In this document: piece after piece, positions 1 to 13,497 of the stretch
Position numbering within the stretch: position 1 is the first letter of the stretch
Layout: each line of letters begins with the position of its first letter
From: Catajapyx aquilonaris
Taxonomy: Eukaryota
Direction: 5' to 3'
DNA length: 46,452 nt
NCBI GenBank assembly: GCA_000934665.2
Contig: JYFJ02003099.1
Location: 1-46,452, forward strand
The notes under the pieces: generated by a model
Told to the model about the DNA's origin: nothing
Seen by the model: the letters and a program-made list of their open reading frames with translations, nothing else
Databases searched by the model: none
Made by a program: the position numbers and the translations under genes

Positions 1-315
1 TAATGTGTTAAGAGTTAAGACGCCATTGGGATTGGGTGTTTTGCCCACTAAGTTTCTGTCGGCTGGTTGGATAAGTCCGGCCTGGGGCCCCCTGGCCAGA
101 CTTATCCCTCCGAGGCCCGGGGCAAGTGTACTCTGCAGGGCCCTGTATTCAATCAAGCTATGACCCTTTACTACCTGTCTTCAAAAATATCTTCAAAAAT
201 AGCATTGGTATGGTATAGTATAGTAATAAAAATAATGATGAAAGTAAGTTTTAAATATTATGAGACCTTTCAATCATATTGCAGTACTTAGCATTGTGGA
301 TTCTTTTGTTTTCAG

Positions 316-442
316 ATATGTAGATCGCAGTGCCTCTTTTGCCATCCATAATGGTTCACTTCTGGAAGCAGATGTGACATTTTCTTTCCTCAATGAAAGG
401 ATGGATGTGTTTTCCTGTGATCCACTATCTATGCATCTTGAG
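316..442 (+). CDS. HYDIN: HYDIN exon (window exon 1)
   Basis: ttttcag acceptor, GT donor; YVDRSASFAIHNGSLLEADVTFSF...SMHLE. Confidence 0.85.
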
Positions 443-2229
443 GTGTTGTGAAATTTTTCCACTTAGTCAGCGAAATTTTCATCTATTGTTTTACAAACCT
501 GCTTATGCATTCAGTCATGTATGTGACTTGTCTTCCTTTTAGCCTGGTGAAAAGCAACTCTTGACAGTGACAGCAGTGCCCAAAATAGTGGGAATCCTGC
601 TGGAGGACTTCCTTGTGGTTTGCATTGCACACAATCCTAAACCTGAGATGTTTAAGGTACAGGTGTTGTGACGTGCTACTTTATTCAATCAAAGCCACTA
701 TTTTCAGACTTTCTGCAGAAAGTTTACAAATTTGCCCTAGTTACTATCAGCTTAAGCTAGTTAGCTTAATATCACATATTCTTGTACCTAAGCTACATTA
801 TATATCCAGCCTAGTCTACACCAATGGAATGTTATTATTTTATTATTTTCCTTTCCATGTTAGGTTCATTAACTATTTATTACTTCACCAGAGAATGCTG
901 TAATTATGGGGTATTGTCCATGTGATTCTTAATCATACCATATGCATTTGCACAAGGGAATTAAGAATGTCTTTCTTTGAATGCCATTTTTATAATGCTC
1001 AATTTTGTTCATATGAAATGACTAATTCTTATCACCTGTTAATATATTCAGTACCAATATGGTACTTGAGAGTATGGTGCAGAAATTTCAAATAACAACA
1101 TGATGCCAAAAGCTAAACATCAGCTATTTGGATGATGTTTGTTTGCATGTGCCTTTAACCCTTTCGCTACCAGCTAGGCCGAAAACGCCTAAATTTCCCC
1201 TTACTCCCACTCTGAAGATATTGACAAGATATTTTGTGAATAATAACAGCTATATTTATCCATTCATGGAAAACACTATGAATATGTTGCGAACAATATT
1301 TTACACCTATAGAAGTCCCTAAATAAATTTCCAAAAAGATCGCCTTAAAAAATTGAAATTAGAGTACTACTGGCTAACTGTTAGGCTCATTTAATTATAA
1401 AATTACACTAAAATATACGGAACAACAACCTTGAGTACCATGCCAGACGAATTTGTTGAAATCATCGCACTTTGCGAGAAATCAATTAATCCTTATTTGC
1501 GACTTGCTGACACTTCGGAAAACTCCAATTCAACTTGGGAGTTTTCTGAAGTATCAAAAAGGGACAATCTAGGCGTTTTCGGCCTAGCTGGTAGCAAAGG
1601 GGTTAAGAAGCAAATCTCATAGTCATAGATTTGCTTTCTTAGCTTTCTGAGGTTTGACAATTAATATTTTTTTCTGTTAATAATATTTTACTAATTGAAA
1701 TTCACCTTTTCCTCCTTTTGGATTATCACCTGCCACAGTTTAAATATATCTGATCCTGTTTCTTTCTTATTTTTAGATGTGTGTGATGGGAGCAAAACTG
1801 GAGATGGACTTTGACCCGCGCCACATAATTTTTGACCCAGCCCTGCTATTCCAGAATGAGGTTCGCACTTTGCGGCTTAATAATAAAGGCACGGTGCCTG
1901 TTGCATGGAGGTTTCTTGGAATCGAAGGTCTTGGGGAAGAGATCAAAGTGTCAGATTACTTTGGCACAGTGCCACCACTCACTTCACAGGAGGTGAGGGT
2001 ACACTTCAGGGCCAAAAAACCTGTTACAATTGCCAAGAAGATTTTGAAATTGGAGGTGAGTGTGATTTTATTTGATTTATCTTGTCCAAAATGGTCAAAT
2101 ACCATATGTTATTTATCATGTATTAACATATTGTTGCCAGAAGTTACAACATAATATCTTTTATCTCGTGGTTAAATCTTCTACCCAATACTACACTGTA
2201 GTGGTTCAACCAGGCTAAGGGATGGTTGC

Positions 2230-2261
<32 letters not shown>

Positions 2262-5200
2262 CAATCTAGAGCAAGTGGTTGATTCATATCCTTCAGCGTC
2301 TTATGAGTAATAATAACTTGTTCTGGTTTTATTCTCAAACTTGTGAAACAAACCCTAAGGGTATAATGTTGAGATTTGTGAAATGCTACAAAATTCTTCT
2401 TTACATACAAGTGTACAGTCGAATCCCTTTATAGCGAATCCGGATGAAACGAAAATCCGCTTATAACGGGAAAAAAATTGTGACCGCCAGAGTCCCCATA
2501 TAAACCCATGTTAAAAATATCTGCTTTTAATGAAAGGATTTTCGGTTTTGGTTCGCATATAACGAAACAATTTTGCTCCTCCCGCCTCGCCTCTCGGCCG
2601 AAAAAGGGCGGAAGTTGTCAAATCAGGCCATAAATCACCATCTGTGTGTTCTAGGATTCAACCACTTTTCACACATTCCGTTCAAAAGTTGATAATTTTG
2701 GGTCGTAATGGAAGGGAAAGGATACTCTGGGAGGGGGGAGGGCTGTTGGGCAGTGGCTCAGAGCTGCCCATTGGATTTATTGCTAGTACATGGGCCTCCC
2801 ATGGTAGGAGGCATGTAGCCGGCGCTGGTGGTCTGGTGGTTAGCGCACTCGCCTCCAGACCCAAAGTTGTGGGTTCGAACCCGGCTGAGGTCGGTGACTT
2901 TTCTCCAGGTGGTAGAAAAGTGAGAGTGCGCCTTCCTTCGGAGGGGAAGTAAAGCTGTCTGTCCCGTGTGCTTGTGACATTGCGCGAGTGCATGTTAAAG
3001 ATCCCCAGAGTGGAGAGTGGCGTCGGTGTTGAGCCTAGTGGCAGAAATAGGCCGATGTTAAGCCCCCACTAAAGGTAGGAGGCGTGTGGTTAAAACCTGG
3101 GAAAATTCATCGGAAATTTGAGCACGAAAACGAATCACATCTGGAATTGAATTCATGGACGCGGACTTATCATATCAATCAAACAATCGATCGATCAATC
3201 CATTTTTATTTTACCTCCCTGCATCAGACTCAGGGAGGGACTCCCTCCTTTACAATAACTTTTTTTCCCCAAGAGTTACAAATATACAGGGTGTAAATGA
3301 ATTCAACCGACAAACTTCTAGGGGTGATAGAGGGGACCAAGACAAACATTTTTGACATAGGAAACCGTGTCCGGAAACGCCATCTAGAGGGGGTTCATAG
3401 ACAAGGAATGGGTGCGCTCAGACGCGTCACGCATGAGGCGCTAGGCGAGCGGACTGTTTTGTTGATAGATGGCGCTCGGATAGTAACCAACGATACGATG
3501 TGCCATAACGTGGCAACAACAGAGTCACCTATCAACTAAAGTCCGCCTCCTAGGAGACGCGCGGATAGTCAACAGCGGTTCTGTTGTTGCCAGGTTATGG
3601 CGTATCGTGTTGTTGTTTACTTACAGCGACGCGATATGCCATAACCTGGCAACAACTGCGCGCCATCTATCAACAAAACAGTCCGCTCGACTTGCGCCTC
3701 TCGCGTGACGCGTCTGAGCGCACCCGTTCCTCGTCTATGAACCCCCTCTAGATGGCGTTTCCGGACACGGTTTCCTATGTCAAAAATGTTTGTCTTGGTC
3801 CCCTCTATCACCCCTAGAAGTTTGTCGGTTGAATTCATTTACACCCTGTATACATTTTAGCCTGGACCAGTTTTACTTGGGGGGTGATGGGGGGGGGAGG
3901 GGGGGAAGGGAAAGAATAGAAAAGAAGAGGACTCAGTCTATGGGTTTATAGGTTAAATGCCATTTCGCCACATATTTTAGGAAGAGGAACAGTGCTTTGG
4001 TGTCACTCTGAGATGGAGCCGCAAAAATCGCAGTGATACTATTTCTAGGAACCAGAGGAAGATTTTTCAAAAATGCGCGCCTTCCTCCAGCGAACATAGG
4101 ACATTCATAAAGGGTGTGGTACCAATCGTCAATTTCATCTTGATTACAAAGGCCACAAGTTTCCTCTTTGTTTATTTTTACTGAAAAGGCTCCACCCAGA
4201 GGAATCCAAGAGGAATTTGGCGGACTTATCATATGCTGCCTAAAAAATGGGATGAGGGTGCGAGCGGAAAAGGAGAAGGGCCTGACCTGCATCTGGTGCA
4301 GTCCTCCGGTGTTTTCTGTAGCTTATTGACTTTATTGTTGTCGCGTTTGCGCCGTGCTTTGTGAGATAATCTAATTTTGCATAGAAGATTTTTTTTTACT
4401 ATTTTCCCTGCTACCAGGGCTTAATATAACGCCTAAATATCGAAAAGAGTGAGGTTTAAACGCGGTTTTTAAAAAAATATGTAAAATGAAATTCCCATAT
4501 AATGAAAGAAAATTTGGTTTCCCTTTGCAATTTCAGTATAGAGGGATTTGACTGTTTTATGAATGTAACAGTGTGTGAAACATTGGGATGTAAGAAGTGT
4601 GTGCTATGGTTATTAACAATCAAGAATTTTTTTGAAGTCCCATAAGACAGTTTAAAAATTATGTGGTTTATTTCTCATCACCTGTACAATATGAAGTATT
4701 CAAATTATCCTGGGACAGAGAGTAATTCAAAGGGTTCAGTAAAAAAGCATTAGACAGTACTAGCTGCATCAAAATAATGAGGTATTTTGGCCGGTTTTTT
4801 GGACAGAAGTTTATGGCAAATCATATAACATGATGGCAGATGTTCCCTGCTAGGATGAGTAATGTGGTTTTGTAAAAATTGCAAGTAAATTTTCCAATTT
4901 CACTAATGGAAGTTAGAATATATTGCAGAAATCATCATGCATAATTACATGCATATGCATAATTACATGCATATGCATAATTACGTAATGATGTTCTACC
5001 CTAATTATTATCTGTAAAGATAGCAGAAAATAATATTCAAGGTGCATAAATTATGCTGTTACATTTATTTGGGCTCTATGGATGCTATGAATTAGCATTA
5101 ATAAAATTAGCATTCACCATTATAAATAAAAATTCACTCAAAGTTGTTGGTTTTGGATATCTTGATGATCCATATCAACCAATTCCACCTCCCCATCCTT

Positions 5201-7746
5201 CCAGAAAATTGTTATAAATTTTCACTGATTAATATTCTGAATAGCGATCCTCCAAATACTAGACATGCTGTGCTAATTAAAATGTAGTGTGCCTATGGCC
5301 CATGAGAAATACACCGGGTGTGAAAATATATACATAATATCATTGGAGAACTCTGGAACCACTTTTTTTTTTTTAATGTATGGTGTGCAATTTGAATGTG
5401 ATGTGATGGAATTTGTGTGCTTTCCAGGTTTGTGATGTAGATGGCCTGAGCAACTTTGCCGCTAATGGAGATATTGTGATCTCTGCAGAGGCCTATGATG
5501 TGGCTGCTGACTTCTCCTTTCCTAAGGGACAAGAGAGGGGGTTAGAGTTTGGCCATGTTCGATGTGGGCATGAATCGAAGATGGCATTCACTATAAAGAA
5601 CAAGGGAAGATATGACATCCACTACAGGTCTGTTTCACTTTCAGCTCCCTGCTATGTAAACTTTCTTCTGTTAGGGACCTATTCTAAACAATGCTGATGG
5701 CCCAAGTGAAAACCCTGTATCTTCCAAAATCATGTAAATGGAGATGAATGCAGTATTGCACTCCTTCTGCAAGCAACACCAGTTCATACAAAGCCTGTAA
5801 CTGTATAATATGTAGGAGCAACCATTGCAAAGTTTTTGCCACCTTGAAACCATGCACTTGTGAGGAGCTTGCCAGCAAATCCAGATAAATCCACTCCGGG
5901 TCAAAAATAATCTGGATACGCTGGAGACATGCTCCACCCAATGCCTTTCTATTGACATGAAGTTGCAAGTGAAACCAGACATTTACACCGAATGCGAGCC
6001 GTGGGAAAATTGCCCTTTCAAGCAGACCCGGATATATCCGAAAGTGATTTCCAAGCAAAAGCATATAAATCAAGTGCACATAAAGCTAATGCCATAATTT
6101 TAATGCAAAATCAGATATGTCCATTTTGGGCGGTGCCATGCCTCAACAATCACCATACCAATATATGGTGATTCTTGAGGTGGGGCATTGTTAAAAGATG
6201 GATATATACAATGGGGAAGTAGCCTTGGTCTGGGATTTGGGATTTTTGTTCATAACTAGCTAGCCCATGCCTGTAAACATACATTCCATCACTCTGTTGC
6301 ATCAAAATGACATTACTGGATAAATTACGGCACATTTAAAAGTGCCTTCAAAATTGGCGGGAAAAACGGGGCAGCCGGGTGGTGCCAATCGAAAGGGTAC
6401 ACTGAAATGCCTGGTTGACTGCGAGATATGAGGAATTTGACTTTGAATTAACCGCGGACACGACGGAAAGCATTCGCAAGGCGGCTGTAGGCCATCAAGG
6501 TGGAGAAAGGGGGCCTTCATGTGCCGAATTCGGGTGACAGATAATTCCTACCAGTTGGCACCACTGTCAGCCCAGAAGCGATTTGAGCGGCCTGGAATAA
6601 ATACGCGCCCCGGCCGCTATCTTGCTCGCGGAATGGGACGGTTGCTAACAACAGCGAAGCATGTTACGACAATGACGGGGCGCGTTCTATAACACCATTT
6701 TTGCGTTCATTTCACTTCGCGTGACGTCAACATTTTCTAGGCTGACAGTGACGTCACCAGCAGCCTACGAAAAAAACGCCTATATCTCCGGAACTGAAAC
6801 TGATATCTTAAAACGGAATATGCCAAAAAAATCCAAAAAATATGGTCGAATTTATTATGTAGTTTCCAAAATGAAGGCTACTTCCCCATTGTTTCTGCAA
6901 TCATAATGGCAACCCCGATAGCATACTACACATCTAGTTTCCAAGCAAAAGCGAATTAGTCTTAATTCACATATAGCTGATTTTCATACAAAATCAGATG
7001 TATCCATTTTTAACAATGCCCTACCTCCACAATCACCATACATTGAAGTAAAACAATTGTGTCTACATAATGGCAACCCCTGTAGCATGCTGCACATGAC
7101 AACTTCAATCTCACTTTTGCCACCAGAATTGAGAAATCACTTATTGGCTCCTCCTGAAAAATTGCAAATTGTGGATTTATCTGGATTTGCTGGCAAGCTC
7201 CTTTATACGATACGGGAAACATACTTTCAAACGCAAATATCTTGAAATGACATAAAACCAAGTCGCAGGGTTTTTGCTTGGGCCATCTGAGTGGAGGATA
7301 CTTACCAATGGGGTAACCAATATAGTAATGTACTTGTATCTCAAATATGAACTTTAGTAAAATAAAAGTTGCTTTATGGATAAGCTACCTTCACTGACAT
7401 GACTAGCATACAAATTCAAGTTCGTCAATTTCAATTTATATTTTTTTAAATATTTTTAAAAATGCAGGTTGACTGTGGAGCAGGTTCCTTCTCTTGAGAT
7501 GGATATGAAAAAGAAATTTTCTGTCGAGCCATCCCAGGGTGTAATGTCAGGAACAGAGAAACCTGCCAATATTAATGTAAGTAACTTATATGTTTCTGTT
7601 AAATATTATTTTTTTGATGTCTTGGTAAATATTTGATATTATGGTAATCCCAGAATAACTGAGTGATTGTGTAATATCATTCATACAACATACTGTATAA
7701 TAAGCTTATGTCATTGGGACTCTTTTTCACATGGAACAATTTTAGA

Positions 7747-7812
<66 letters not shown>

Positions 7813-10800
7813 TCATGCCCTTTATCAGCCATTGGCTCTTTAGGGGTGAAGTTTGTTTTGCCTGGAACGCTTTGCTTTTTCATTTTACTGTGCTCTTTGG
7901 GATAGGATAGGGACAGAAGGAAACAGCTGTTGCCTATTAATTATGCAAGCAATTCCGGAATTTTCCTGGAAGGACCGTGGGAAACCACAGAAAACCACTG
8001 TCAGAGTTGCCGGCCCCGGGATTTGATCCCAGGACCTCCCGATTAGTAGTCCGACACCATATCCCCTCCTCCAAACTGCTTCGGTACAATTTTAGAAATA
8101 AACATAGCAAGCTATTGACCTTAAATTATTTTTTGTTGCAGGCTTCATGTAATACGTTGGTAATACTATACATTTTTTCATCCAATCACTGTGATCAGAT
8201 TGGGCCATTTACATGCTATTCCATACCTACTTCACACCACTTCTTCCAGAATTAGTTGTTTGGTTGTTATTGACAGGCATTCAATGTCTTCAAAACAATG
8301 TTTCAACACTCGTACCTAGCAATGATAGTGATACAGTAGGTGCAGGTGGGAGGGTCTTGGAATGTCATTGGAAACACTGCTATATTTGTGGTTTTATACA
8401 GGGTGTTTATTGTAACTCTGCAAAGACTTTCAGGGGTAATAGAGGGGACCAAGACAAGTATTTTTGACATAGGAACCTGTGTCCGGAAACGCCATCTAGA
8501 GGGGGTTCATAGACAAGGAACGGGTGCGCTCAGACGCTTCATGCGGGAGGCGCTAGGCGAGCAGACTGTTTTGTTGACAGATGGCGCTCGGATAGTAAAC
8601 ACCGATGTGATGTGCTATAACCTGGCAACAGCAGAGCCATCTAGCGACTAAAGTACGCCTCCTCGGAGATGCGCGGATAGTCAACAGCGGATTTGTTGTT
8701 GCCAGGTTATGGCGCATCGCGTTGTTGTAAGTAAACAACAACGCGATACGCCATAACCTGGCAACAACTGCGCGCCATCTATCAACAAAACAGTCAGCTC
8801 GACTAGCGCCTCTCGCGTGACGCGTCTGAGCGCACCCGTTCCTTGTCTATGAACCCCCTCTAGATGGCGTTTCCGGACACGGGTTCCTATGTCAAAAATA
8901 CTTGTCTTGGTCCCCTCTATTACCCCTGAAAGTCTTTGCAGAGTTACAATAAACACCCTGTATTTAAAATTGCATTGTAAGCACAAGTACGCTGTGTATA
9001 ATCAATATTAATTACAATCACTATGCATTATTATGAGCTCAACTGACCTCTTCACACCACTCCCTTGCCAGGAGGAATATTGATTTTTAGATGTTCAGTT
9101 TTTTTGTTGTTGTTTTTTTTTTAATTTCTCAAAACTGTCTTGCATGCAGATGCTTTATTTTGTTTTGTCAAGCTGCAAATGCATTTGGGTCTTTCCATGT
9201 CAGTTCAGCCCAGTTTGGACCCATGATGTGGTGGATCGGATTGATATTCATGGTTTATGATGACACTGCTGTGCTAAAATACAAGGTGTAAATGAATTCA
9301 GCCGACAAACTTGTAGGGGTACTAGTGGCGACCAGGGGACCAAGACAAACATATTTGACATAGGAAACCGTGTCCGGAAACGCCATCTAGAGGGGGTTCA
9401 TAGACAAGGAACGGGTGCGCTCAGACGCGTCAGGCTGGCGGCTTTAGTGAGCGGACCGTTTAGTTGCTAGGTGGCGGGCGGATTGTACACAACTTTGCAT
9501 TTCGCCATAACCTGGCAACAACAGAGTTGTTGTTTATTATCTGTGCGCTACCTAGCATGCTGACTTTACTTGCTAGGTGGCTCTGTTGTTGCCAGGTTAT
9601 GGTGAATTGCAAAGTTGTGTACAATCCGCCCGCCACCTAGCAACTAAACGGTCCGCTTGCTAACGCCGCCAGCCTGACGCATCTGAGAGCACCCGTTCCT
9701 TGTCTATGAACCCCCTCTAGATGGCGTTTCCAGACACAGTTTCCTATGTCAGATATGTTTGTCTTGGTCCCCTCTATTACCCCTACAAGTTTGTCGGCTG
9801 AATTCATTTACTCCCTGTATTGTCCCAAACCATATTGAAATTTGTGATTTTTTTTTCAGGTTTTTTTCAGAGGTGGTAATTTTGAGTGTTTTATTGCAAG
9901 TCCTTCTTTCAGCTGTTTCTCTGGAGCTATCAAGACACAGATGAGTCGCAATTTACTCAGAAAATATAAAATCTTATATTAGGGTCAAACTGGAAATTTG
10001 AAATTTTTGTGTTTAAAATATTTCAATTAATAATAAACCGTCTGGTTGTTAATAAAATGACTGATGAGCGGAATGTATGATGCACAAATTTGTTGATATG
10101 ATAATACATAAAAATGATGTTAAATTACTCCACGCCTCATTTACATCATGATTCAAATCACAAATTGTTCAAAAATGCATTAGCCTGTGACCTGTACTTT
10201 AGGCAGTACGTTAATTTTATCCAAGAATAATAAATTAGTCGCCTAGAGAAAATTTTGAAAACAATTGATCCCACATGAGTTAATGAAATAATTTCAACTT
10301 CATTTCTACATTTCTTGAAATAACTTATTTAAAACGGGAGTGATCATGCCTTTTAGATTTTCAATTGAATTGTCCATTAGGATGATTATCATTAAAGTCA
10401 TTTTCATATCATTTATGTATGCATAATTATATCCATCAAAAGCAGGGGAATAAATATTGTCTCCGCTCTAAATATGTAAACGTGCCTCTAGTCACTGTTA
10501 ATTGAGGCGCTCACAGGAAGAACGGCATCCCAACTGGAGTTCGTTTTGAGAAAAGTTGCTTTTTGTGTTTTACTAAATCTACGGACAAATTTTACAAGTG
10601 GAATATGTGAGGTTTGACATGTCCCAATTCATTTGGTACTTTAGCACATGAAAGGTAGATGGAAGGAGAGTACAACAGCACTACAAACTCAAAACTGGAG
10701 GTTGGTTTGGATATGCCGATCTTCCTCTGAGCACCTCAATTGTATTGCAAACTCCCTTGAATTGAAATCATGCAGGAAGAGCATAACGATTATCTTGAAT

Positions 10801-13447
10801 TTACATCATAATTATTACAATGCATGCCCTGCTTGTAAAATGGCACTAATCAAAGTTTTTTTCTCTCTTATATTTAGGTGATGTTCTTGAGCTTATGTGA
10901 GATAGAGCTGAAAGAGGAATCAATTCTCAAGTGTCACATATCAGATGCACGTGTTCGATTGCTGCCTAAAATAGTGGCAGTAATTCCTATCAAGATTAGT
11001 GTCCGTTCAAGTTATACCAGGTTAGGGAATTGTTTTGTACTAGAATTGTGTGTGCAGGTGTTTTATCTTACCCTTGTACAGTGTTGGACATTAATTGAGG
11101 CATACTGCTAGCGACATTTTCCGAAGCGGCAGAAGAAGGAATCTTGCTCGCCCCGCTTGCACTATCCTTATCTTCGATTCCTTCTTCTGCCACTTCAGAC
11201 AATGTCGCTAGCAGCATGCCTTGATTAATATCCAACACTGTACCACTTTTTCTATGAAATATTATACAATATACACGATTACTATAGCATGGATGAATTT
11301 AGTTAATTGTGGTTAGGTTTATGGACTGATTGTAATAATTGTTCTAAAACTTGCCCTGCTACATAGATTAACCCATACCTCCAATCTTATGGTCAGGATT
11401 TAAATTAAGGATCTATGATATAATTACATACTCTCAAAGGAATGGTGCCAATTCTCTTTTCCCGATTTTTTTGAAACTTGCCTCATTTGACAGTAAATAT
11501 TATGCACATTTAAAAAAAATGTAAACTACATGCCTATGGATCTTTGTTTGAGGGTCATGTGAGATTAGATTCAGCTGGTGCCTATTAGTGTCGAACATAT
11601 ATTATGTGTTAACATCATGTATGTAGTTTTGGCAAAACAGATCAGGCCACCATGCACCCAGCTGCAGGGGAGTAGGGGACATAGAAGTTTTTTTTTAAAT
11701 ATAATGTATAGTAGAACACCGATGATCCGTCACCCACAGAACTGGAAAATGGTCGGAACACAACAAAGGTAGGACAATAAGAGGAGCAAAAAAAACTTTA
11801 ATGAAACACTACAAAAAAACATGTGAAAGCATGAAATACTGCAGTATGGTCTGCTTAGAAATAGTGAAGTATTTATCTTTCACATACAAAGTCTACTGTA
11901 CCTGTATTACATTTACAATTTCCTACCATGTCCTAGTTCCATGGGTGACGGGTAATAATAATCAAGAGTGTACTGTACTTAAAACTAGGGGTGCGACTTA
12001 GATTTTGGTGCAACTTTAGATTTGGGTAGATACAGGCAGGCTACTCACAACTTCCACAAGAAATTGTAGCGATTGGGGGGGGGGGGGGGGNTCTTAGGAG
12101 GGTTTTTTTTTTAAGGAACATCCACCATATTTTCTGGACATTAGTCTGATTTCAAATACTTCCATAAAAAAGTGGAAAAACAAGTCTTAGTATCTGCTTC
12201 TGAACTACCAACAACTTATAAAGGACAGTCTTTTTGGACACACTGGCCAAAAATGGCAATGCCATTGGTATTTGACCCCTTCTAAGCACTTCTAAGCAGT
12301 GACTGTGTTGAGGGACTGTGACAGTCACTAATCTGCTTAATTTCAGTGTGCTCATTACAACAGTGTTGCCACTTTTTTAAACTCTAGGATTTTCATGTGA
12401 CAAAAATAAACTGCTCATTGCTCCTATATGAAATTAATTGTAACCTTTATCCATTATAGATATGCTCTGTTGCCACTGAAGGACATGAATTTTGGCCCAA
12501 TGGCCCCTGGTTCAAAACGTCAAAAGACAATAACCCTGGAAAACAATGGCGAATTTGATTTCCGCTACAATGTGTTGCGATTTATCAAAGAGGAAGTAAA
12601 TGTTTTGCAAAAGGTATGGGCCATGCAAATTTAAGTCAAAAATATAACAGCTTTTAAGTGCATGTTTTTGGAAATGTGATGGGACAAACAATATACTAAC
12701 TGCCCTTAGACATCACAAAGACTAATAAATTTTAATATAGAGATATTACTGAGCCAAAATTTGTGCATACAAATAATTGTGGTGAGATATAAGGTAGGCC
12801 TACTATTATTCTGCAAATCATAATTATTTTGTTGGAAAATATTGCCAGTGTAAATTTTAAAAGGCTATCTCTTCACTTCTTTATTTCTTATGATTGAGAG
12901 CATATTCTAGATTTCTTTAATGATTGTTTCTATTTTCTTACTAGGGGACAGATGGCAGCAATACACATCTTTCTGTGGCCAGTAACCTGCCCCATAGGAC
13001 CTCCTCTATTGCTTCAGGAGTTGTCCCTTCTGCCATAGGTAGTGCAGCGATAGGTGCATCTTCCAAGAGACAACATAATAAGTAAGTGTGAAAATGGCTT
13101 ATTTGATTGCACGTCATTTATCCTTTCCCCTCCCTTGTCACTCTCTCCCCTAATTTGTGGGTATGAGTTGAGAAATTTATGTTTATATTTGCTCATGTTT
13201 TATGAAGGGACGTAGCTACTCGTTTGATGGCACCTCCTTTTGCCGTGACCCCATTCCATGGGACTGTCTCTCCAGGACAGGTAGCTTCTATCCTTGTGGA
13301 TTGTATGGTGGATCAAGTAGGAGTCTTTGAAGAGGCAAGAATTATTTATATTTACTCCTTCACTCCAACATCTTGCACAGCTCTATTCTAGTATTCAATT
13401 TATGTACAACATTCTTTTACATCTTTTAATATTCATGTTGCATTCAC

Positions 13448-13497
<50 letters not shown>

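Larger units (their letters stand above)
2416..4554. mobile_element. pogo/Tigger-like non-autonomous element carrying nested insertions
   Basis: TA-CAGTCGAATCCCTTTATA at left and TATAGAGGGATTTGACTG at right; subterminal ATAACGAA-like repeats. Confidence 0.7.

Noticed and set aside
69..148. Small hairpin GGATAAGTC...GACTTATCC and GGGCCCTG end
   Set aside because: Probably a hAT MITE fragment, but boundaries cannot be defined.
657..668. Alternative donor 6 nt downstream of exon 2 (GTACAG|GTGTTG)
   Set aside because: The first GT gives a gap-free match to recalled HYDIN spacing; no evidence for the second.
7677..7905. Poly-Leu and poly-Asn ORFs
   Set aside because: Translation of the (AAT)n SINE tail.
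3297..8986. Four similar ORFs (GVIEGTKT...RKRHLEGVHR) suggesting a small protein family
   Set aside because: They are the two arms of palindromic MITE copies read on opposite strands; no domain, and the frame is broken in copy 3.
9940..12260. Decayed transposon-like pieces (about 9940-10750, 11430-12260; also 17120-17300, 26110-26265, 27960-28012, 28540-28670, 33930-34120)
   Set aside because: Only partial motifs; no matched termini or TSD to support discrete calls.
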